Assembly (NCBI GenBank): GCA_038727515.1 | Contig: JAVYVS010000001.1 | Coordinates: forward strand, 614,961 to 678,960 | Length of the DNA: 64,000 nucleotides | Source of the DNA: Candidatus Methanomethylicia archaeon | GTDB taxonomy: Archaea > Thermoproteota > Methanomethylicia > Culexarchaeales > Culexarchaeaceae | Direction: 5' to 3' | Shown here: positions 11,243 to 20,389 of the stretch, piece after piece | How positions within the stretch are numbered: the stretch's first letter is position 1 | How the letters are laid out: each line of letters begins with the position of its first letter | Notes under the pieces: model-generated | Databases searched by the model: none | Told to the model about the DNA's origin: nothing | The model's input: only the letters and a program-made list of their open reading frames with translations | Program-made: the position numbers and the translations under genes

Positions 11243-12562
11243 TTAATATTTATGTTTGTAAATAAAGTTTGAAATACACTCCTTGAGATCAGGCTTTCCA
11301 ATTTCAGCGAGTTCAAAACTTACCATTGTTGATGGTTTAGCTATTTTGATAAATCTTCTTAAATCAGTGGGTGTAGCTATAACAATGCTATCACAATCAG
11401 CATTATTTATTGTAGCTTCAAGTTCTAAAAGTTGATCTCTATTATAACCTAGTGCTGGAATTGAGAGGAGATCGTTTTCCTCAACAACTTTCTTAATTGA
11501 ACCAATAGCACATGTTTTTGGTGAAATAATTTCAGAAGCCCCAAACTTTTTAGCAGCAATATATCCAGCACCAAATCTTAAATCTCCATGGAGTAATGTA
11601 GGTCCATCCTCAATAGTTAATACACGTTTACCCTTAATTACATTGGGATCATCAACATAAACTTCTGAAGCAGCTTTAACTATGATTGAATTTGGATTTA
11701 TAGACTTAATATTCTTTTCAACGATTTTAACACTTTCATCATCAACAACATTAACTTTATTGATAACAACAATGTCAGCCATTCTAACATTAACTTCACC
11801 TGGGAAATATTTAACTTCATGTCCAATTCTCAAAGGATCTACAACTACGATTAATAGATGTGGTTTAAAGAAGGGGAAATCATTGTTTCCACCATCCCAA
11901 ACTATTATTTCAGCTTCAGCTTCAGCATGTTTCAATATTAATTCATAATCAACACCAGCATAAACAATATAACCTCTACGTATATGAGGTTCATATTCTT
12001 CCTTCTCTTCGATTGTACAATTATATCGTTCTAAATCTTCTATTTTCTCAAATCTCTGTATTCTTTGAGCTTTTAAATCACCATAGGGCATTGGATGTCT
12101 TACAACAACAAATTTAACATTAAATTCCTTTAGAATATTACAAACACGTCTTGTAACAGTACTTTTACCAGCACCAGTTCTAGCAGCACATATAGCAATA
12201 ACAGGTTTACTGGATTCAAGCATAGTATCCCTTGGACCTAGAAGTCTAAAAGATGCACCACAACTCATAGCTATAGATGCCATATGCATTACATGTTCAT
12301 GAGAAACATCGCTATAAGAGAAAACAACTTCATCTACATTAAACTTCTTAATTAAATTTGGAAGTTCAGATTCATGATATATTGGTATACCATTTGGATA
12401 GAGTGGCCCAGACAATTCTGGTGGATATAATCTACCTGCGATACCCGGTATTTGAGTAGCTGTAAAAGCTACAACTCTATAATTTGGATTATTCCTAAAG
12501 AATACATTGAAATTGTGGAAATCCCTTCCAGCAGCACCCATAATAATAACATTTCTAACCAT
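11243..12562 (-). CDS. Cyclic 2,3-diphosphoglycerate synthetase-like P-loop protein (COG2403-type)
   Basis: GAAGRDFHNFN, AFTATQIP, RTGAGKS P-loop, RHPMPYGDL, WDGGNND, EDGPT. Confidence 0.85.
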   Translation of the reverse strand: MVRNVIIMGAAGRDFHNFNVFFRNNPNYRVVAFTATQIPGIAGRLYPPELSGPLYPNGIPIYHESELPNLIKKFNVDEVVFSYSDVSHEHVMHMASIAMSCGASFRLLGPRDTMLESSKPVIAICAARTGAGKSTVTRRVCNILKEFNVKFVVVRHPMPYGDLKAQRIQRFEKIEDLERYNCTIEEKEEYEPHIRRGYIVYAGVDYELILKHAEAEAEIIVWDGGNNDFPFFKPHLLIVVVDPLRIGHEVKYFPGEVNVRMADIVVINKVNVVDDESVKIVEKNIKSINPNSIIVKAASEVYVDDPNVIKGKRVLTIEDGPTLLHGDLRFGAGYIAAKKFGASEIISPKTCAIGSIKKVVEENDLLSIPALGYNRDQLLELEATINNADCDSIVIATPTDLRRFIKIAKPSTMVSFELAEIGKPDLKECISNFIYKHKY

Positions 12563-12666
12563 AGAAACACCAAGAAAACGAGGGAAAACAAAAATATAAA
12601 TTTAAATATTAGGTTAAATTGGAAAACGTTATAACATTATAGAAACTTAATAGAAATATAGGTATT

Positions 12667-13026
12667 ATGAGTGGGAAAAAGGAGAAAATACCCTTTAGGG
12701 TTAAAATGGCTGATGGAAGTATAGAAACAGTATATGCATATTCAGAGAAGCAAGCATTATTCCTAGCATCAAAAAGTGGGAAGAAGGCGTTGGAAGTTGT
12801 AGGAATACTTATGAAGACTGAAGAAAAACCTATTGAAAAAGAAAGAGTTAATGAAAAAAAGATTGAATTATTTGAAAAACTTGAAGAAGCTTTAAAGAAT
12901 AAAAGATACATAGAGGCTATAGAATATAAAATACAAATTCAAAAAATGATATCTAATGGAGAAATAAATTGGAATAATGAATTAGAGAAGAAGTATGGAT
13001 TATTTGGATTATGGTGTAATAAATGA
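12667..13026 (+). CDS. Hypothetical protein
   Basis: 119-aa ORF with typical plus-strand codon usage; overlaps the next gene (ATGA). Confidence 0.7.
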   Translation: MSGKKEKIPFRVKMADGSIETVYAYSEKQALFLASKSGKKALEVVGILMKTEEKPIEKERVNEKKIELFEKLEEALKNKRYIEAIEYKIQIQKMISNGEINWNNELEKKYGLFGLWCNK

Positions 13027-14585
13027 TTAAAAGGATTTACCCATACTTCATCACAATAGTGATCTTAACTCAATTTATCCAATTAACCCCAATCCTTTCA
13101 CATACTACCATTGAAAAATTAGAATCTATGGATGTTAGAAGTGGAATATACACGTTGTATGAGCTAAGTGATGGAAGAATCTTAAATGTAACATATAATT
13201 CATTGAATAAGTACACTAAAACACCATTAATAAATGTAACAATAGATATTTGTGGAAGAACATTATGGGCTATATATAATCTAACCAATAGAATGCGAAT
13301 TTATGGAGAATTATGGAATTGGGAGGTATACCCTCTATGGATACCAAAAATCATTAAAGAAAACGATAAAATACAGTTGTATGATCACAGGGTATTCAAT
13401 GTTATAGGAACAAATGAAACTAGTATAATATTATCAAATAATGAAACGAAACTTATCTATGATGGTTTTAGTGGAGTTTTATTGGAGGGAGAGATAGAGA
13501 TATTCAATGAAACATTAAATGCTAAAATGATAAAAACAAATATGAAGTTTAGAAGAGAATACTTTAACAACGTATATTTCGATTGGAAAACTTTAACAAT
13601 AAAACTTATGAAATTAGAAAGCAAGTATAAAGATATTCTAAAGATTTATAGTATTGGTAAAAGCCTACTTGGTAGAGAAATATGGGCTTGTGAAATTACT
13701 GGAATTGGAAAAGAGGAAGGAGTTATATTAATTGATGGAGGAATGCATGGAAGTGAAGTTATAGGAGTTAGAGTAGCATATAAACTTTTAGAAACAATTT
13801 TAGAAGAATACAATGAATTAGTTGGTAAAGGTTTACTTAGAAATCTCAGCATAATAATAATACCAATGTTAAATCCAGATGGTGTAGAAATGTCAAAATA
13901 TTCACCACCAATACCAATTATACACATAAAGGATGGTAGATGTAATGCTAATGGTGTAGATTTAAATAGGAATTTTGGGTACTCATGGACTCTTGGAGGT
14001 TCACCATACTATAATTCAACAACATATAGAGGTGAAGAACCTGAAAGTGAACCAGAGGTAAAAGCTTTAAAAAACATATTATTAAAGCGTAACATATTGT
14101 TTTATTTGAATTTACACTCAGGGGTAAAGCAAATACTAATACCAGCATATCAAGAAAATCCATATCTAAATGTGTATATGGAAATAGCCTCAACACTTTC
14201 AAATATATATGGGTATGAAATAGCTAGAGGAGGAATATATGGAGGATCTGCAAACTGGTGTCTGATGGGTAGAGATAAACCAGCATTATCAATAATAATA
14301 GAACTTTACGGTGGAGGAACAAGAACTCTAGAAGTAGATTGGTTTCTATTTTACAATCCAGTAGACATAAGTGAAATAAGTAAAATTGAAATATTAAGTT
14401 ATCAAGCTTTCATACAGATACTATTAAACGTGAATAAATGGAGTAGAGGAATCATAAGAGGAGAAATAGAATCATCAAGTCAACAAATACTAATAATAGT
14501 AATAATATCAATAGCGATCATACTAACTATAATATCATCATATATAATGTCAAGAAGTAAAATTAAGAAGAAAATTAGAAACTAA
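13023..14585 (+). CDS. Secreted, membrane-anchored M14 metallocarboxypeptidase
   Basis: N-terminal hydrophobic signal, GMHGSE, NPDG, NGVDLNRNF, SEPE, LNLHSG, C-terminal TM helix plus basic tail. Confidence 0.9.
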   Translation: MIKRIYPYFITIVILTQFIQLTPILSHTTIEKLESMDVRSGIYTLYELSDGRILNVTYNSLNKYTKTPLINVTIDICGRTLWAIYNLTNRMRIYGELWNWEVYPLWIPKIIKENDKIQLYDHRVFNVIGTNETSIILSNNETKLIYDGFSGVLLEGEIEIFNETLNAKMIKTNMKFRREYFNNVYFDWKTLTIKLMKLESKYKDILKIYSIGKSLLGREIWACEITGIGKEEGVILIDGGMHGSEVIGVRVAYKLLETILEEYNELVGKGLLRNLSIIIIPMLNPDGVEMSKYSPPIPIIHIKDGRCNANGVDLNRNFGYSWTLGGSPYYNSTTYRGEEPESEPEVKALKNILLKRNILFYLNLHSGVKQILIPAYQENPYLNVYMEIASTLSNIYGYEIARGGIYGGSANWCLMGRDKPALSIIIELYGGGTRTLEVDWFLFYNPVDISEISKIEILSYQAFIQILLNVNKWSRGIIRGEIESSSQQILIIVIISIAIILTIISSYIMSRSKIKKKIRN

Positions 14586-15390
14586 TAAACACTAATGAAA
14601 TAATTAATCCAGTTAATCCACCAATTAGTGTAGAAGTAAAATTGACAATATGGTTATTTATAAAGCTAAATCCTTTAACAAGTCTAGCTCTACATCCACA
14701 AAGTATATGTATAGGATCCTCTGAGAACATATTACATTTATCACACCAATATCCAGCTTGAAAAATTGCACCGATAAAACTATCAATAGTAGACCCAATA
14801 AAACCAGATACAACAGAAATACAGAGGATTTGAACTAATGAAAATTCAGGTGCAACATTAAACATAAAAGCAGCAAACCCCATTAATAAAGATGAGAAGA
14901 ATATTGCGAATTCACCATATGGAGATATAGCTCCAGAAACACCAGGTTCAACCTTCCTTAAATTTGTTATTAACCTAGGCTTACCAGGATATAGTAAACC
15001 AATTTCAGTAGCTAGAGTATCTGAGAAAGCAGTAGAAATAGCGCCTAGGAAAGCTGCAAAAAAGATGCCGCCACCAAAAGTTCCTTCACCCAATGCAAAT
15101 AATGCTGCTACACCACCATTACCAACAACATTCCTCCAAGATCTAGATCCCCCTCTAGCTTCAGCAAAACCCAAACTCCTTTTAAAATCATATTTATACT
15201 TAGTGAATAAACTGGATGCCACATAAAACAGTAGTAATAATGCAAACCACTTAAACCCACCAAAAAGAATAACAATAAAACCAATAATAAAAGCAGAAAA
15301 AGTTCCAGATAAATCTAGAAATCGAAATTTTATTGAGATTATCGATAAAAAGAGTAGAATGCATAATCCAAGTAGTAATTCCATACTCAA
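14575..15390 (-). CDS. DUF92/TMEM19 family membrane protein
   Basis: RSWRNVVGNG, DTLATEIG, VEPGVSGAIS, DSFIGA..QA, NNHIVNF. Confidence 0.92.
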   Translation of the reverse strand: MSMELLLGLCILLFLSIISIKFRFLDLSGTFSAFIIGFIVILFGGFKWFALLLLFYVASSLFTKYKYDFKRSLGFAEARGGSRSWRNVVGNGGVAALFALGEGTFGGGIFFAAFLGAISTAFSDTLATEIGLLYPGKPRLITNLRKVEPGVSGAISPYGEFAIFFSSLLMGFAAFMFNVAPEFSLVQILCISVVSGFIGSTIDSFIGAIFQAGYWCDKCNMFSEDPIHILCGCRARLVKGFSFINNHIVNFTSTLIGGLTGLIISLVFISF

Positions 15391-15477
15391 TCTAAATATG
15401 ATTGGTAAAACAAATTAAAAACGATTTCTACATAAACAATTTAAACAAAATATTAAACCTATAATTTGGTGTAGAAT

Positions 15478-16827
15478 TTGAAAATTTATAAAGCTTTAAC
15501 AATAGCTGGATCAGATTCCAGTGGAGGTGCTGGAATACAAGCAGATCTAAAGACTTTCTCAGCATTCCAAGTTTATGGTATGACAGTAATAACAGCTTTA
15601 ACAGCTCAAAATACCATGACCGTTAAAGGAATACATCCAATACCACCAGAATTCATAAAATTACAATTTGAAGCAGTAGTTGAAGATATAGGTGTAGATG
15701 CAGCTAAAACTGGAATGTTATATAGTGAAGAAATAATAGATATCGTAGCTGAAGAAATAAGCATTAGAAAGATCCCTTTAATTGTAGATCCAGTTATGAT
15801 TGCAAAATCAAAAGCAAAACTATTGAAGGATGAAGCTATAAAAGCATTAAAGGAGAAATTAATACCCATAGCAAAAATAGTAACCCCCAATATACCTGAA
15901 GCAGAAGAAATGGTAAAACACAAAATAAAGGGTTTAGAAGATATGAAAAGGGCAGCCATAGATATAAAGTCTATGGGAGTTGAAGCAGTAATAATTAAAG
16001 GTGGACATCTAGAAGGAGGGAAGGTAATAGACCTACTATATTATGACGATTTATTCTATGAAAATGAGAAAAGGAGGATTGAAACTAAAAATACCCATGG
16101 AACTGGATGCGTATTTTCAGCAGCATTAACAGCATTAATAGCTAGAAAAGTAAGTATACCTGAAGCCTTTAGAATTGCAAGTGAATTTATGGATAAATCA
16201 ATAATTGAAGGCTTAAATATTGGTAGAGGTTATGGTCCAGTAAATCCAATGGCTAAATTATATGAAGAAGCAAATAGGTATAACGCATGGATAAATGTTT
16301 TAAAAGCATTAGAGAAAATTGAAGAAACAAAAGAATTAGCAGAATTAATACCTGAAGTTAGAATGAATATCGGTGAAGCAATACCAAACGCAAAAAGCAT
16401 TAAAGATGTATGTGCAATAGATGGTAGAATAACAGTGGTCAATGGTTTTCCAAGAGCAAATGGACAAGTGAAATTCGGAGCATCAAAACATATAGCAAAT
16501 GTAATACTATCAGCAATGGAGATTGATCCAAACATGAGAGCAGCTATGAACATAAAGTATAGTGAAGAGATATTGGAAGCTTGTAGAAGAGCAGGATTCA
16601 AAATAGCTGAATTCAAAAGAAAGGAAGAACCATTGGAAATAAAGTTAATTGAAGGAGGAACATTGAAATGGGGTGTGAAAAAGGCAATAGAGGATTTAGG
16701 AGAAACACCAGATGTAATATATGATTTAGGAGAAATTGGGAAAGAAGCTATGATAAGGATAATTGGCATAAATGCAGAAGATGTTGTAAATAAAGCCACA
16801 AAAATAATAAAAAAATTGAGAATTTAA
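15478..16827 (+). CDS. thiD: Bifunctional HMP/HMP-P kinase - thiamine-phosphate synthase ThiDN
   Basis: LTIAGSDSSGGAGIQAD, TAQNT, DPVM, TPN..EA, KGGH, HGTGC; C-terminal ThiN domain (IPEVRMN, FGASKH, GEIGKEAM). Confidence 0.96.
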   Translation: MKIYKALTIAGSDSSGGAGIQADLKTFSAFQVYGMTVITALTAQNTMTVKGIHPIPPEFIKLQFEAVVEDIGVDAAKTGMLYSEEIIDIVAEEISIRKIPLIVDPVMIAKSKAKLLKDEAIKALKEKLIPIAKIVTPNIPEAEEMVKHKIKGLEDMKRAAIDIKSMGVEAVIIKGGHLEGGKVIDLLYYDDLFYENEKRRIETKNTHGTGCVFSAALTALIARKVSIPEAFRIASEFMDKSIIEGLNIGRGYGPVNPMAKLYEEANRYNAWINVLKALEKIEETKELAELIPEVRMNIGEAIPNAKSIKDVCAIDGRITVVNGFPRANGQVKFGASKHIANVILSAMEIDPNMRAAMNIKYSEEILEACRRAGFKIAEFKRKEEPLEIKLIEGGTLKWGVKKAIEDLGETPDVIYDLGEIGKEAMIRIIGINAEDVVNKATKIIKKLRI

Positions 16828-16829
16828 GT

Positions 16830-17477
16830 TTATGTTGGTATCCTAAGCCATTCAAATAGTAGGAATTGCAATCGCCCAACGAATAAATCAATTCTACTCA
16901 GAACGGTATTGGCAAAGGCATATCCGAATGCTAACATCATTAAAGTTTTACCAAGCCTTGGAATAAAGGCTAAAGACCCTGTATGCAATCTTGGAAATGT
17001 GAATATGAAGTAGTAAAGTGCTGTTATCAATGAGACCCATAAGAGGACTTTTCCAATAATATCAAAAATAGTTCCAGTACGGAAATCAAGTGAAGCTGTA
17101 GCAACAATTTGTGCAATAAAATCAGCTTCAATAGATCTAACAAATGCCGCTGTAACACTTGTACCCACAACTATGGCAATACCATACCTAAAGATCCAAT
17201 ATAATGTACGATGATATCTAAAGTACATCGTTACACCAATAATCAATGGTACGATATACCATGGATCTTTAAGTGTTGGATATAGGTAATCTATACCGTA
17301 AGTCTTGATATTTCTAAGCGCTGCAACAAAAGTATAACCTATAGCAGCACCAACATAAGTGTGTTCAGCAAATTTGAAAACCGGATTATCCCTATATGCA
17401 ATTGAAATACATGCAATTGTAAGAAATGCAGCAACCCATAAGCCAATTTCAGTTATAATATCCACCATAACATTCAC
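16830..17477 (-). CDS. Uncharacterised multi-pass membrane protein (gene 4 of DUF6754-type operon)
   Basis: About 5-6 TM segments; YRDNPVFKFAEHTYVG and MLAFGYAFANTVLSR motifs; overlaps upstream gene. Confidence 0.8.
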   Translation of the reverse strand: MNVMVDIITEIGLWVAAFLTIACISIAYRDNPVFKFAEHTYVGAAIGYTFVAALRNIKTYGIDYLYPTLKDPWYIVPLIIGVTMYFRYHRTLYWIFRYGIAIVVGTSVTAAFVRSIEADFIAQIVATASLDFRTGTIFDIIGKVLLWVSLITALYYFIFTFPRLHTGSLAFIPRLGKTLMMLAFGYAFANTVLSRIDLFVGRLQFLLFEWLRIPT

Positions 17478-18310
17478 CCTCCTTTACGCATACGTTTAGC
17501 TAAATGTGCAATATTACCGAGGATTATAAACACTAATATCACCAAATGAGCTCCACTAAATGCATCGGCCTTCTTAATGCCACTACTAGGTTTACCTATT
17601 AGAAATTCATATTCACCACCAGGTGCAGAACCCACTAAAGCTGTTATCTGTTTAGCCTCGTAATATGGCCTCATGGTGGGTAACATCATATCTAAAACGC
17701 AACACAAGTACTTAACTTCAGGGCGCATGGTAACCCATTGCCTAATCCAACCAATGGATGTCTCACCAGCAGATGTAAAACATATAACCATATAAAAGTC
17801 TCTTATGTTGTTTATATTTGCAGCCATTGGAATTTGAGATAATGGTGTACCTTTATAATCAGATGGAACAGCAGCTTTAAAATCATCAGCTAAAGCTTTC
17901 ATAGCAGTTTCACCACCAGCAATATACCCTATATGGAAGTAATCAACACCATACGTCTTACCGTAAATTTTAGGATCAACTTTAGACATAAGCATATCAT
18001 AAACTATAAGTCCAGTAGCATCAATGGAGAAGAATACTAATTTAACTGGCTTACTAAACAGATGATGTAAAGTGGCTACTTGCATAGATTCAAAAGCTGG
18101 AAATGAACCAAGACTACAATGTGAAACTAGGATATAACTACCTGGAGGTATTGCTTCAATAGCATTATACCACTCCATAACTGGAGCTGAAACTGGTACT
18201 GGTAAACCCAATGGACGTAACAATGGAATAATCATAGCTATTAAGACAATAGTATATAAAACTTCTCTAGGAACTTCTTCAAGAATATCTATAAAAGATT
18301 TACCAGCCAT
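17474..18310 (-). CDS. Uncharacterised membrane-anchored protein with a large soluble domain (gene 3)
   Basis: N- and C-terminal TM; YGVDYFHIGYIAGGET, PYY...QI, EYE, AHLVILVFIILGNI. Confidence 0.8.
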   Translation of the reverse strand: MAGKSFIDILEEVPREVLYTIVLIAMIIPLLRPLGLPVPVSAPVMEWYNAIEAIPPGSYILVSHCSLGSFPAFESMQVATLHHLFSKPVKLVFFSIDATGLIVYDMLMSKVDPKIYGKTYGVDYFHIGYIAGGETAMKALADDFKAAVPSDYKGTPLSQIPMAANINNIRDFYMVICFTSAGETSIGWIRQWVTMRPEVKYLCCVLDMMLPTMRPYYEAKQITALVGSAPGGEYEFLIGKPSSGIKKADAFSGAHLVILVFIILGNIAHLAKRMRKGG

Positions 18311-18312
18311 AT

Positions 18313-18993
18313 TTAATCCCTCCTACCCATATATCCAGTTTCAGTACCAATCAAAGTTCTTATACCAAGAAGAATAGCTCCTAATGCAGCACTCATTTGA
18401 ATAGCTCTATAAGCACCTATACTTGGATAGTTTGCAAACCATGAAATGAAATCACGAGACCATGGAGCATAAACTTGAAATATTGGTGCAGCAGCCATCA
18501 ATGATAGGAAGCCTACAATCAACAATAGGGTTGTCTCAAGGTTTCTAGCTCTAAAAACTCTATAGCATCCAGATGCCATATAGAATATTAATGATGCATA
18601 CATGGTTGCATCCAATGGATTTAAAACATATAATGTAAGCCACTCCCAATTTTTCGCTAAGGGAGTATACCATAAACCTGAGTGGCCAAAGGATCCTACA
18701 ATTAAGAAAACAACCATAACAAAGAGTAGCCATGCACTGCAAAATCTATCAAAAGCACTTTTAGCCCTCATAATCCTCCTACTGTGAATAATTGTTACGT
18801 TTACTAAACCAAAGCCTACTATGAAATTCGCAAGTAAATTAGCCCAATTTGTCAATGTAACACCATAATATTGTATAGCATATTCATGGGGTTGAGTAAT
18901 CTTCGCTGGAACTAAGAAATATTGTAAAATCATTACTAAACCACATATGAATGTTATTGCTAGAGGTATATGCCTCCTATAAAATATAGACAT
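18313..18993 (-). CDS. Uncharacterised multi-pass membrane protein (gene 2)
   Basis: About 6 TM; PLDATMYASLIFYMASGCYRVFRARNLE, RAIQM.AALG, RTLIG.E. Confidence 0.8.
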   Translation of the reverse strand: MSIFYRRHIPLAITFICGLVMILQYFLVPAKITQPHEYAIQYYGVTLTNWANLLANFIVGFGLVNVTIIHSRRIMRAKSAFDRFCSAWLLFVMVVFLIVGSFGHSGLWYTPLAKNWEWLTLYVLNPLDATMYASLIFYMASGCYRVFRARNLETTLLLIVGFLSLMAAAPIFQVYAPWSRDFISWFANYPSIGAYRAIQMSAALGAILLGIRTLIGTETGYMGRRD

Positions 18994-19002
18994 ACAATCA
19001 CC

Positions 19003-19818
19003 TCACAATTTAAGAAAATCAATAATACCCTTATAACCAGTAAATGTTAGGGTTAATGCACCAACTATACTCAATGCTAAGGCAAATAGTTTTGCTAGAT
19101 CTTGTATAAAAATACTTGACATAGCAGATGGCTCCTTACTTAGATATGCACCTGCAGCAAACATTTCATCACCAATAATAACATAATCACAAACCACAGC
19201 AAAGAAGGGTATCTGATATACCCTAGCGGTACCAGCAACTTGTATTGAGCCAACCCTATAGAATGTTTCAGCAAACATCATTGATTCAGCCCAGAATGGT
19301 CCAACCATAACATTAGCTGCAGGTCTTTCTCTTTCAGCAATGCCTTGAACAGCTGCTGCAAATGCAAATTAACTACCAGATAAATATCTTATATCATGCT
19401 CAGGTTTTGCACGATCCAATTTACCCTCACTTGTATAAGCCTGTTTATATAGTTCTGTAGCAACACCAAGAACAGTGGGGTCGCCAACGCTGCATATAAT
19501 CTCTACATCGTATTTAGCGCATAATCTTGCAAGTTCAGCGAAAACAGCTAAACCTGCAACCACCTGTGGAGAAGTAGCTCCCGTTAAACCAGCATATCCG
19601 GGAGTAAAATGCACTGGTTTACCCATTTCAGCAGCTCTACCCACAGCTTCCTCTAAAGCTTCTAATCCAGCAATCTTCCTCCATTTTAAAGTCCATCCAC
19701 GCTTTAAAGCATTCATAACAAGAATTGCTCCAACCCACATGAGTATAAGCAATGCTAAATCTAGATATCTACCAGCAACTATCTGTTCAACATTTAGAAT
19801 TGCACCAGCAGAATTCAA
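19003..19818 (-). pseudogene. DUF6754-like membrane protein interrupted by one in-frame TAA (19369-19371)
   Basis: ORFs 19369-19818 and 19003-19308 share a frame; read-through gives ...IRYLSGS*FAFAAAVQGIAERERPAANVMVGPFWAES...; motifs IAGLEALEEAVGRAAEMGKPV and QIPFFAVVCDYVIIGDEMFAAGAYLS; GGAGGG SD before the TTG start. Confidence 0.8.
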
Positions 19819-19960
19819 AATTTTCCCTCCAAAATTGAGTATTGTAAAATTTTTGGTAACTCAAATAAAATTTTGAAGTTTGTGGTATATAAGGTTATTG
19901 GAGTTAAATGGTATGCAATGATAAAATTTATTTTGTCATTCGTTAAAAAGTAGTGTTGAT

Positions 19961-20021
19961 GGGATGATTGAGCTCGAAAGGTATGACCTTAATGGAATGA
20001 TTAACCCATGCTAAATGACCG
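19961..20021 (+). ncRNA. Putative box C/D guide sRNA
   Basis: GGG-ATGATTG (C, 19964-70)-12-nt guide-ATGA (D', 19983-86)-10-nt spacer-ATGATTA (C', 19997-20003)-11-nt guide-ATGA (D, 20015-18)-CC; intergenic and GC-richer than its flanks. Confidence 0.72.
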
Positions 20022-20077
20022 TAAAAATTATTTTAATGCATAGAATATAGGTTAAAGGTTGTTTATGGTGATATCTT

Positions 20078-20347
20078 ATGTCCAAGAAGGCTGGTAAGAA
20101 GGCTGTAAAAACTGAGGTTAAGAAGATAGTTAGAGAAATGGTTATTGAATCAGAGCTTGTGGAGAAGGTTAAGAAGGATTTGAAAAGCTTTCAATATTTA
20201 ACCCCACTGGTATTGACTAACAAGTATAATGTTAGTTTAGGAGTTTCTAAAAGGGTTTTAAGAAGTCTTGCAGAAGCAAAATTGATAGAGTTAGTATCCA
20301 ACAATCCTAGGACACCAGTATACATTGTTAGAGGAGGGAAAAAGTAA
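20078..20347 (+). CDS. rps25e: 30S ribosomal protein eS25
   Basis: Basic N-terminus, YLTPLVLTNKYNVSLGVSKRVLRSL winged helix, RTPVY. Confidence 0.88.
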   Translation: MSKKAGKKAVKTEVKKIVREMVIESELVEKVKKDLKSFQYLTPLVLTNKYNVSLGVSKRVLRSLAEAKLIELVSNNPRTPVYIVRGGKK

Positions 20348-20389
20348 TTAGTGTGTAATGAATAAAGGGTTTGGTGGTGACCTTCAATT

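Noticed and set aside
19369-19371. Pyrrolysine, selenocysteine or alternative genetic code at the in-frame stop
   Set aside because: The codon is TAA, which terminates many intact genes here; no pyl/sel genes or suppressor tRNA are present, and the tRNA-Gln has a normal TTG anticodon
20004-20014. sRNA D guide targeting the tRNA-Gln in this window
   Set aside because: Only 7 contiguous base pairs (CCAUGCU/AGCAUGG), too short to assign
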